This document shows, one piece after another, positions 24,440-34,530 of a stretch of DNA of 64,000 nucleotides (the first letter of the stretch is position 1; every line of letters starts with the position of its first letter). Location: assembly GCF_006345805.1 (NCBI RefSeq), contig NC_043011.1, positions 1,860,001 to 1,924,000 on the forward strand. The letters are read 5' to 3'. The notes beneath the pieces were generated by a model, which had not been told where the DNA came from, did not search any database, and was given only the letters and a program-made list of their open reading frames with translations. The position numbers and the translations under genes are program-made. This DNA is from Octopus sinensis (Eukaryota).

Positions 24440-26545
24440 GCTGAAGTATTGAATCAAAAGGATCTAACCCTTTTAATCCAATCTCTTGTTGCCACATAAT
24501 TTCAAAATTTAGCACAATCCCTTCCAGGATCTTCCAGATGTATATTACTGCATATCTCTCCAGCCTTCGCTCCAAGGAGTAGAGATTAACTTTCCCAGTA
24601 GCTGAGCTGTTGCAATGAGATGATCTTCTTTGTGAAGCTTTGCTGGATTGCTTCAAGGTCCGCTGTTAATTTTACACTGTGGGGTGACCATACCTGGGAG
24701 CAGTAGTCCAGGTGGCTGAGGATGAATGTCCTTCAGACGACCATCATGGTTTCCTTCTCTCTGGTTCTGAAGGTACAGCTGTCTGTACTTTGTCCCCATC
24801 TTGGTAATGTGCACTTGGAAAGAGGTATTATCACTCATTTTAATACCTAGGTCCTGCACTGATTTAGGTTCTGGGATTGTAATCCCATGTGGGCCAGTGT
24901 AACCTGTGAGTTTTATGTTCAGTTGTGGGTGATGGTAGCACAGAGTTTGGAACTTTCCAGTATTAAACTGCATGTTATTGTCCTCAGCCCATCTATAAAT
25001 TGAGTTTAACTCCTGCTGCAGGCATGCAACATTGGTAGGGTTTTGTATTTTCTGTAAGACTTTCCTATCATCTGGACAGCTAGCTAGGGTGGCTTTCCAT
25101 GCAGCTGAGGTCATGTCTGACAGGGCCACTATGAAAAGCAGTCACTATTTGTGTTTTCTCTGAGGTGGCTCCATTGGCCACCACTGCCTGACTTCTGTCT
25201 TTCAGAAAGTCGTGTAACCACTCTCTAAGTTTTCCAGCTATGCCAAAATCATACAGTTTGTGGCATATCATGAGATGATCAACTTTATCAAAAGCTTTTG
25301 CAAAATCAGGGCATATAACATCCACATTTGAGTTGTTGAGTAACTGCCTCAACACCCAGTCATAATGTTGTAAGAGCTGGATCTGGCAGCTCCTACCAGG
25401 TCGAAAACCATGTTGGGTGTCACTCAGCAAGTTGTTTTCTTCAAGGAATGCGATCAGTTTCCCTCTGACTATTCATTCCATGACTTTGCTGATGTGTGAA
25501 GTCGGAGAGATAGGCCTATAATTTTTGGTACCTGCTCTGCTTTCTTTATGGATTGGGCATATTATTCCCACCTTCAATTTGCTTGGCAGCTTGCCATTTG
25601 CAAGAAATCTCTGGAAGAGAATCTGTAGTGGTTTTGCCAAAGCATGTTTACAAAATTTGAGGAGGACTGTTTGGAAACCATCATGGACAGCAGTTGAGTC
25701 TGTGTCCACCTCATCTATGGCTAGTATTATATTTTCTTTGCTAATGTTGATGTAATCCATCATAACTGCCTCACTGGTTATAGGTGAGGCGGCAAAGAAA
25801 TCCACTAGTTCGTTCACTTGTCTGTATTCCAACAGGATGGTAAAGACACTTTTGAACTGGTCATTCAGTATCTCACTGATCTCGGTTGGTTTATCTGTGA
25901 GGGAGCCATCCTTCTGGAAGGGTGGGGGTCCGGTTTTGAAGCATACTGAGGCTGTTTCTTTTGGCATAATGAAAGAAGGCCTTAAGTTTTGATTCGATGT
26001 TTTCTATAATCCAGGCTTCTTTGTTTGCTCTCTCCTTCACATAGGGATGATTGTTGCAGACTTTTTTCAATCTCCATCAGTGTTGTTTTTAGGTGTGACT
26101 TTCACCACTTTTGGGATGTTGGTCGAAGTGATTTGCAATTTTCATCTGTTGTCTCATGAAGATCTTCCCCTTCTTTGGAAGTTTGTTCCATTTTATGTTG
26201 GCCTTGTGCTCTGGGACATATTTCTGGCATAGGATTTGCATAACAGACATGAAATATTGTAGTTTCATGCCAATGTCTGATGTAGAGAGACATTTTTGCC
26301 AGTCCTGTATGAGGATCTCTTTTTGGATTAATTTCCAGTCTGCTTTGTGGAAGTTGAGATTAGAGAGATTTTGGGTGCTTCCTTTAGGCTGTATGTCTCT
26401 GGGTACTTTTGGTCCATACACAGACAGCTCTATTATGTTGTGATCCAAAACTAATATTGGTGTCACTTTCACATTATGAACAATACCTATATTGTTTGTG
26501 AAGCAGAGATCCAATATGTTATTTGCTCTGGTTGGTCAGAGCATG
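24440..26545 (-). pseudogene. CR1-like (Jockey group) LINE ORF2 fossil: end of the AP endonuclease plus RT
   Basis: PTRANN.DLCFTNN..DHNIIEL; NYRPISPTSHISKVME; QHGFRPGRSC..QLL..DFAKAFDKVDH; LQQELNSIYRWAEDNNMQFN.GKFQ..DLGI; YSLERRLERYAVIYIWKIL. Confidence 0.9.
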
Positions 26546-27726
26546 GTTTGCTCCATGAATATAACAATTATTATATAACGGAATAATAACTATCATTATA
26601 ATTTGTACATTGATCAAATCACATAAATTCTATAATGGAAAAGTAATGTTTCAAATCCACCCAAAAGTCAGTTTACATTTGTTCATTTTGGCAATGAGAG
26701 AATGTTCAAAGCATTTTCATTACACCCAACAAAATTTTAGTGGGTGGTGCACCTCCTGCAACCCTCTGTTCCCAAGCCTATGATGGTCTAGTGTGGTATA
26801 AGGGCTGCTAAATAGTTATTGAGGAATAACATTCGGTGGGCTGTTTTACTTTCATAATGACCATACTGATATTGGTTTCAGCAGTTTTGGGGAATGGGAT
26901 AACTTAATTCTTTTGAAGTCAATACTGGTTCTTAGATGTCTTGCAAACCACTTGCACATGCAAGTGCTACCAGTCAAAAGCTCCATATACCGGAAGCCAG
27001 AAAGTGTATGGGGTCATCAGGAGAGAATGTGCGCCGTTTCGGGGCCTACCTCTTGACTGATATGAGGCCCTGCTTGATCAGCTGGTTATCAAATTAAGCT
27101 CAATATCAAAGTGACTAAAGACAAAGGTGGCCCCAGCAGAATATGAGCTCAGTACATAGGGAGCTGGAAGAAATGATATTAAACAATTCTTCCAGCTTGT
27201 TGCCTTTGACCACACTAACAATGGTATTAATTCTCATACATTTTCATTAATCTGGAATATCTGCATTCATATATGTATATACATCAGTTAGATAAATTGA
27301 ACAGCATTCCCAAGATATTGAATAGAATAAGTACAAGTTTTCATGGCATAACATGCTGAATAATTTTATGAAGACATTTCGTAATTATTGAGAGCAAATT
27401 ATGTAGAAATTATGAGAATACCAATCACAAAGCTGATTGGTATAGCTTTGAGTAGCGTCTGTCTGGGAATTCAAAATTCCAATTTTTATAATAAGTTTTT
27501 AGAAAGTCAACCAGATTATTTGGCAGGAAGATTTCAGCTCACTTGATTACATACAAGTTGATGTGATTAGCTGAGCCATGTTAGCATAGGTGTTAATGTC
27601 TTTTATAGTGAACAGTAAATATTCCATAATTGGCATTGTATCTTGTGGCAGTTTCGTAGACTATGACCTTGAGTTGAGGAACATGAGCACAATGATACAA
27701 AACTCAGCAGGAGCCTTGCTATATCA

Positions 27727-27776
<50 letters not shown>

Positions 27777-27780
<4 letters not shown>

Positions 27781-28112
27781 TCATCATCATTGTTTAACGT
27801 CTGCTTTCCATGCTAGCATGGGTTGGACGGTTCAACTGGGGTCTGGGAAGCCAAAAGGCTGCACCAGGCCCAGTCTGATCTGGCAGAGTTTCTACAGCTG
27901 GATGCCCTTCCTAACGCCAACTATTCCGTGAGTGTAGTGGGTGCTTTTTATGTGCCACCGGCACAGGTGCCAGACGAGGCTGGCAAACGGCCATGATCGG
28001 ATGGTGCTTTTTATGTGCCACCGGCATGGAGGCCAGTTGGGGTGGTGCTGGCAATGGCCACGTTCGGATGGTTCTCTTACGTGCCACCAGCACTGGTATC
28101 ATAGCTACAATT
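27777..28112 (-). mobile_element. RTE-LINE 3' tail or RTE-tailed SINE (family B)
   Basis: (CAT)n followed by TGTTTAACGTCTGCTTTCCATGCTAGCATGGG..GGATGCCCTTCCTAACGCC.. with internal ~55-60 bp repeats. Confidence 0.88.
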
Positions 28113-28210
28113 TCCAGAGAAAGATAGAAACTATCTGTCTCCTAACATGTTGAAATCCGATAAGGAAGTCGACTTTCTTATCCTCGTGTTTTGACATATA
28201 TGTATATATG

Positions 28211-28520
28211 TGCCAACTAAATGTGGCGGTTCCATCGAGGGCGATGTTACTGTTGTTTTTAGCCCAGAAAGACATCTTCTCCAGCTGGCTAATGACACAT
28301 CGGCTGTCTCCAATTAGTATTTGCAAGGGGAGGTCATCGCTGTCATCTCTAGCCTTACAGGCACAGACAGTGTGTCATTAGCCAGCTGGAGAAGATGTCT
28401 TCCTAGAACTAAAAACAACAGTAACACTGTCCTTTATGGAACCACCAGATTTAGTTGACAAATACATTTTATGATTTCGTACTGTTATTGTTTACTTCTC
28501 GCTCAGAGATTTAATATAGT
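28211..28520. mobile_element. HH1-family copy arranged as a foldback (arms 28211-28299 and 28371-28460)
   Basis: CCAGCTGGCTAATGACACA is followed by TGTGTCATTAGCCAGCTGG in inverse orientation. Homologous to 16622-17400. Confidence 0.8.
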
Positions 28521-28709
28521 GTATATATATATACATATAAATAATTTACAAGATAAGGGCAAAAGAGAAATTCTAATGCCAAATATGCCAAAAAAAAAGA
28601 CAAAACTTTTCTCGTAAATTATTTATAAATTTAACCTTTAAAGGTATTTTTTGATATGCTGGCCATTGATAAAATTTTTTTCCTGAAAAAAATTTTATCC
28701 TACATTAGT

Positions 28710-28770
<61 letters not shown>

Positions 28771-28804
28771 ATACATACATATATATATAACTTTAAAGTG
28801 CAGC

Positions 28805-29300
28805 TAATCATGGCCAGGAACAGCTATGTCATATGAGGCATGGGAATGGAGTTTTCTGAGAGGTGCAGATGACTGGGTGTGCTCAGCAGACCTCCCAGGA
28901 TTAACAAAGCAATCAGAAATCATGAGGAAGACTGGCTTGAGGCTGGATATTGTACTCAATTACAGTTCATTAAAGCAAAGGGTTTTGATTGAACTCACCA
29001 TGCTGTTTGAAAGTAGAATAAAAGAAGTGCACATGTTCAAGACTGAAAAATATGACAGCCTGGCCAACAGCCCGAGGGAGGCAAACTCTGGGTCAAAGTT
29101 CTCACCATAGGGCTTTGAGCCAGACGCTTTGTGGGCAAATCTGCTTGCAATTTAATGAAGCAACTTTCAGTCTCCAGGAAGAACAGGACCAAAGTCCAAA
29201 AGGTAATATCAAAGAGAGCAGAAAGATATTCCAGCTGGATTTGGTCAAGGAAGAATAAAAACAATCTTCATACCATTCAATGGCAATCTTTTCGTGCATT
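28805..29300 (+). pseudogene. HERO-like restriction-endonuclease LINE 3' end
   Basis: GADDWVCSADL..TGLRLDIVL..LIELTMLFESRIKEVHMFKTEKY..GARRFVGKSACNL.KQL..SWIWSRKN matches the RPD..ELT.P.E..EA..K..KY..W.W.RR pattern. Confidence 0.7.
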
Positions 29301-29744
29301 AATGCAATGGGAAGTAACTCTGAGTGAGCCATTGTGATAGCATCGACATTTCACTGCTACCATAGCAACCAACATTATTTCTTTAAACATGTATTTGAAA
29401 GCTGAGTCAATGGAGAGGAGTTATTAGATGAAATCTCCTGGCAGTTCAAAAAGTAGGAAGGACACCCAGGAGTCATGACCTGGATGTGGCCCGGACCCCT
29501 TAGAGTGTAAGAAGTTATGGGTCAAAACACTTATCTGAGGGGTGTTTCTTCTCTGAAGACCTTCTACTGTTCAGCTCTCTTGAGAGTATCTTACCCCTTA
29601 AGGATCTTAGATTTCCCTCAACCTTGCCCGTTTTTGTTTTGAGTTCATGCAAAAGCTGCATTACATTGCAAACCCATTGATCAAGATCTACAAATCAAGA
29701 TCTACAGAAGTGAATCAAAAGATCATTTTATAATTTTGATGCTT

Positions 29745-30110
29745 TTCAAACCAATCATTATCATCATTGTTCGACCGTGGTTGAGACAATGGAATTTACC
29801 ATGTTACGCCAGACTTCACGGTCCATCATAACATTATGGATTTCCTGTTGCTGGATGCCTGTATCCCTGGGGATTACATCAGGGTAGGAGAGTGTGCGCC
29901 CTCTGGTATCGCAAGTAGGTGACTTCCAGAGGAGAAGAGTAGAAATTGCCTTGTTTTCAGCTCTACAACAATGTCCAGCAAACTGGACTCTCCTACCTTT
30001 CACAAGAGATGATATAGGTGGTAGTTTATATATATTCGTACTTTGGTTGGATGAAGCTTCCACGAGAGATTTTTGTTGTTTCAAACCAATGCTGTCCTAC
30101 CTACTAATAG
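29745..30110 (-). pseudogene. RTE/RTEX-like LINE C-terminus with (TGA)n tail
   Basis: LPPISSLVKGRRVQFAGHCCRAENKAISTLLLWK..RGRTLSYPDVI.RDTG..MMDREVWRNMV*. Confidence 0.75.
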
Positions 30111-30152
30111 GTAAGTAAACAAGGTCATTGAGACTTAAGTATTTAATGTAGC

Positions 30153-30448
30153 TGTGTCGGTGGCACGAAAAAGCACCATCCATTCATGGCCGTTGCCAGC
30201 CTCGCCTGGCCCCCGTGCCGGTTGCACATAAAAAGCACCATCTGATCATGGCCGTTTGCCCGACTCGTCTGGTACCTGTGCAGGTGGCACGTAAAAAGCA
30301 CTCACTACACTCATGGAGTGGTTGGCGTTAGGAAGGGCATCCAGCTGTAGAAACATTGCCAGATCAAACTGGGCCTGGTGCAGCCTTCTGGCTTCCCAGA
30401 CCCCAGTTGAAACGTCCAACCCATGCTAGCATGGAAAGCGGATGCTAA

Positions 30449-30481
<33 letters not shown>

Positions 30482-30490
30482 GTGACAATG
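30153..30490 (+). mobile_element. Family B RTE-type tail
   Basis: GGCACG(T)AAAAAGCAC repeated 3 times, then GGAAGGGCATCCAGCTGTAG..CATGGAAAGCGGA..(GAT)n. Confidence 0.88.
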
Positions 30491-30674
30491 TAGCAATGGT
30501 GATAGCATAATATATGAAATAACTACATTTCTTCTGGCCTGAGGTTTTAGCAACCCTGGAAGAGTAGTTGACACTTACTACACTTCATCAAACGTGACCT
30601 AAAAGCAGTTATAGGAAGGGTAATCTCATTCACCAATGGCAACTCTATACTTCACTGATAGCATACATCTAAAT

Positions 30675-30875
30675 CAGTGCTTTTCAAATGTTTTGCTGAA
30701 GCGGAACCCCAAGGAAACATTCCACAGGCTCGAGGAACCCCTGTGCAATAATTTAATAGTCTTATGCACACATATCTGCACAGGAGAATTAAAAATTACT
30801 GCCGATTTTAGCAGTTTTGTAACTTCGTGCGGAACCCCTGGACTGTACTGGTGGAACCCTGGTTGAAAACCACTG
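30675..30875. mobile_element. hAT (Charlie-like) MITE
   Basis: TIR CAGTGCTTTTCAA / TTGAAAACCACTG. 8-bp TSD ATCTAAAT at 30667-30674 and 30876-30883. Confidence 0.92.
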
Positions 30876-31334
30876 ATCTAAATCATATTCTTGTTATCAA
30901 TTCATAATATTATTTTATAGTCATTTTTATTGGCAAGTAATTATTCAGTGTGCTGAGGAGCCAAGAATCTTTTGGAAATATAAATCTTCATTGTGCCTTT
31001 CAAAGTTTAAACAATGCCTACGAAAGAGCATTGTACCCACATCTGGAAAGCTGTTGCTACTGCACACACGCATGTTAAATCTCATCCAGGAGAAGGCCAT
31101 GCAATTGGGTGGCATTCAATCACTCACAAAGGTACTTAAAACTCGGGGCCACAAACAAACTTTCTCCTCTTTCTTCCTTTTTACTGATACGATAGATTAT
31201 AGTTAATTTGTTTGACTAAAACTCTTCAAGCAGCATGGCTACACTCTAATGACTGGAACATGTAAAAGATGAGATATCCATACATACGTACGAACATATG
31301 TACGTAAGTATGTATATATGTATGTATGTATGTT

Positions 31335-31369
<35 letters not shown>

Positions 31370-31525
31370 TGACGCATATTTGCCATTTGAATATGGCTAA
31401 CCCCTAAGGGTGGATGCTACTGTAGTTTGTAGCCCCAGGAAGATATCTCCTCCAGCTGGCTATAGACACATTATCTGTGCCCTATCAGTATTTGTGAAGG
31501 GAAGTCATCCTTCCTGTCTTCAACT

Positions 31526-31586
31526 TATGATACACACGGACTCGAGTTTCAAGGTATTTACCTATCATCAGTGTGTGACAATCATA
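31526..31586 (-). ncRNA. Type I hammerhead ribozyme (HH1), minus-strand mirror copy
   Basis: Minus strand reads TATGAT TGT CACACA CTGATGA TAGGTAAATACCTT GAAA CTCGAG TC^ CGTGTG T ATCATA. There is an A-C mismatch at the first base pair of stem I. Confidence 0.75.
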
Positions 31587-31821
31587 GTTGTCGACAAGAA
31601 TTCAGTTTCCCTCACAAATACATATACTTTTTCCAGTGTCGATTGACACTGATATTGAAAAAGTGAAATCAAGCAATGATAAATCTCAGAGCGAGTTATA
31701 AGCAGTAGCGGTAACACATCGTGATGCATCATTGTTTGATTTCACTTTTTCAATATCAGTGTCAATCGACACTGGAAAAAGTAAATGTATTTTCGAGGGA
31801 AACTGAATTCTTGTCGACAAC

Positions 31822-31882
31822 TATGATTGTCACACGCTGATGATAGGTAAATACCTTGAAACTCGAGTCCGTGTGTATCATA
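31822..31882 (+). ncRNA. Type I hammerhead ribozyme (HH1), best copy
   Basis: TATGAT TGT CACACG | CTGATGA (31837-31843) | T AGGT AAAT ACCT T | GAAA (31858-31861) | CTCGAG TC^ (cut after 31869) | CGTGTG T ATCATA. Stem I has a perfect 6 bp plus a distal 6 bp, and stem III is palindromic (ACTCGAGT). Confidence 0.88.
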
Positions 31883-31988
31883 AGTTGAAGACAGGAAGGA
31901 TGAATTCCCTTCACAAATACTGATATGGCACAGATAGTGTGTCTATAGCCAGCTGGAGGAGATATCTTCCTGGGGCTACATATATATA

Positions 31989-32030
<42 letters not shown>

Positions 32031-32034
<4 letters not shown>

Positions 32035-32310
32035 GTAAATGTAATATGTGACAATTATTAGGTAGCCAAGATAAAACTCCGAGTTTCGGATGCCGAGGTG
32101 GAAATCCACACCGACCATCGGAAAAATACTTTTTCCGATGGCCGGATAACTGAAGAGATGGTGGCGTGGATTTCCACCTCGGCATCCAAAACTCAGAGTT
32201 TTATCTTGGCTATTGTATAATTGTCACATATTATTTTACAGATAAATTTCCTCTATTTACATAATATTGAGGTCTCTTTCTTTCTTTTGTTATCTTACCG
32301 TTTTTACCAA
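32031..32310. mobile_element. HH2-family foldback repeat (arms 32031-32112 and 32161-32243, plus a unique 3' extension)
   Basis: ATCTGTAAATGTAATATGTGACAATTA.. versus ..TAATTGTCACATATTATTTTACAGAT. Inner perfect 12-bp hairpin at 32115-32141. Homolog at 61644-61862. Confidence 0.92.
32145..32205 (+). ncRNA. Type I hammerhead-like ribozyme (HH2) with a G12A core mutation
   Basis: GATAA | CTGAAGA | GATG..GTGGATTTCCAC..CATCC | AAAA (GAAA in the sister arms) | CTCAGAG TT^ | TTATC. Confidence 0.65.
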
Positions 32311-33989
32311 GATATATATATATATACGTATGTGTGTGTGTGTGTATAAAATGGTTAGGCTTGGGCATTTAGGGATTTTTGATGCATTTGTCTTTATTTC
32401 CTTTCATCACCCTACTCTCTTAAGGGTCTTATACCTAAATATAGTAGTTATTGAAGGACCCCTATGCCTCATTGTATGATTGTTAATCCTTTGGTACTCA
32501 TTCTTAACTTATGTTTTCCTGCAAGTATTAACTTGCAGAGTTTCTTGAGAAATATTAGCAGCATCCACATGAGTCAAGAAAAGCCTGCAATGTCAATGGG
32601 AACAGCCATTCCTCCAAATCCAATAAGTGAAGAAAGGAAAAAATGAATACACCAATTTGTACATGGCACCTACAAATTCAATTATGTTTAGTATCTAGGA
32701 GAATAAAACGTTCTACCAGTCTGACTTTCCCTTGATACATTTTACACATTTTATATGAAGATACTTTTAGTGTTGTCCAAACAACTCAGTGGGCTATGAG
32801 TACAGTGTTATTTATTTTATTTTCTAGGATATAGTCATGTAATTCCTATTTATAAAGGTTGCATTGTGTTAATTTTCTGCTGAATTTATCCTTTTGAACA
32901 TAATAGCTATTTCAGTTAATCCTTAGCATTGATAAAATGGTGCTGCCGAACTCTCCAAATAATTTGACTAGCAATGATCAATAGAAGGCTAGTTAAAAAT
33001 AAATATGAACTCATTTGCAACACTGAACAAAATATAATAGTGGTGAAATTATTCATAACAAAGTGTATAACTTTGTTCATTTTTTTAAAAAATAAGATAA
33101 AACATGAAAAAAAAATTAGATGGAAACCACCACTCAGTTTCAGAGGTCAACTACTCTATTAATATTGTGTGAACTTATTGATTGACCAACTAAAATGCTT
33201 TACTATTTGAGTTCAAATCTCAGTGATGTCCACTTTTTATTCTACCATCATAAAAAAAACTTGTTAATAAAATAATTTGTGAAGTTGATGTAATCAACTA
33301 CTCTTTAGGAAGTGATGCCTGACTACAGACTCTGTCTAATCATTGATTCCAGTAAAAAAGTAAGCAAAATAATCAGTCATTCATAGTGGTGCAAGATATT
33401 TATTTGGGTGCAGTTGTCAGTATTTAAAAGAAAATGGTTTATTACGTTCTGGTCATCACATACAGATCAGCTCAAAACCTTATCTTCGAAACTGTTTTAA
33501 AGCTGAGTGAGATTTTTAGAGGACTAGTTTCTGAAGTTGCGTTGAGTAATTTTTGCATTCAATTTGGCCTTCTGCTTTCCATCACTTATAGAAATGGTTC
33601 TGAGATACTTGGACTTCACCTGCTTCAGAGTGGAACTGGTGCAATGATATGTCAAATTCAGAACTTGGTGATCAGAAGAAGGCACCAAATGAAAAAACGG
33701 AAACACTATTTTCTATTTGGTTTTTGCCTAAGGCCTTAAATTTTGTGGTAGTGAGAAAACTAAGATCCCCAAAATAAGCAGCCAAAATGTGGTTTCTCAG
33801 AAGAGTAAATGGGGTAATATTACTCAATACACTATGCTGCTTAGATACTAGAAAGATACTCAGGGTTGAGCTACAATTTCTTCACACTGAGAGGTCAGAA
33901 CTCTGATACAATGGGCAGGCAATTAGAATGTTTCAGGAAAGATTCACCAGACAGATTTTACTAACAATACCCTCTGGCAGGAGGCCTGA

Positions 33990-34320
33990 TGGTAGATCAT
34001 GAGCAAGATGATTGTTTGTTCCTTCTCAAGCCATGCCTGGCTCATAAGGGCCGGTTTCCTGGTTTCGTGGCGTATAGGTTCCCCATCTGGACGGGACGCC
34101 AATCCGTCGCAGGTGAGCCGCAAGATGCAGGAGGAAAGAGAAAGAGTGAGAGAAAGTTGTGCCGAAAGAGTCAGCAGAGGTTTGCCATTACCTTCTGCTG
34201 GAGCCATGTGGAACTTAGGTGTTTCGCTCATAAACACACACATCGCCCGGTCTGATATTCAACCCACGATCCCTCGACCGCGAGTTTGCTGCTCTAACCA
34301 CTAGGCCATGTGCTTCCACA
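33990..34320 (-). mobile_element. tRNA-derived SINE family E (V-domain-like)
   Basis: Head TGGCCTAGTGGTTAGAG..GGTTGAATATC, then CTGCGACGGATTGGCGTCCCGTCCAG, then the tail CTTATGAGCCAGGCATGGCTTGAGAAGGAACAAAC. Confidence 0.8.
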
Positions 34321-34385
34321 GCAAGATGATTGGATAATATTCACAGTTTTGGTTGATCTCAGAACCTTTAACTTGGGCAATGAAA

Positions 34386-34530
34386 GTGAATGGATGGATG
34401 GATGAATAAATGAATGAATGAATGGATGGATGTATGGACGGACGGATGGATGGATGGATGGATGGATGGATGGATGGATGGATGGATGGACGGATGGACG
34501 GACGGACGGAGTAGAGTAGAGTAGAGTAAA
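34386..34530. repeat. Compound (GGAT)n/(GAAT)n/(GGAC)n/(GAGTA)n microsatellite
   Basis: Seen directly. Confidence 0.95.

Larger units (their letters stand above)
31381..31980. mobile_element. HH1-family foldback: 253-bp inverted arms (31428-31680 and 31728-31980) with a 47-bp spacer
   Basis: I count 8 mismatches between the arms (~97% identity). Flanked by (TA)n on both sides. Confidence 0.95.

Noticed and set aside
27900-28100. CRISPR-like repeat-spacer pattern (GTGCTTTTTATGTGCCACC repeats)
   Set aside because: The context is eukaryotic with no cas genes, the spacers are homologous to each other, and the block is part of the RTE 3' UTR.
33434-33739. 101-aa plus-strand ORF
   Set aside because: No recognisable domain or splice structure, and the length is within chance expectation.
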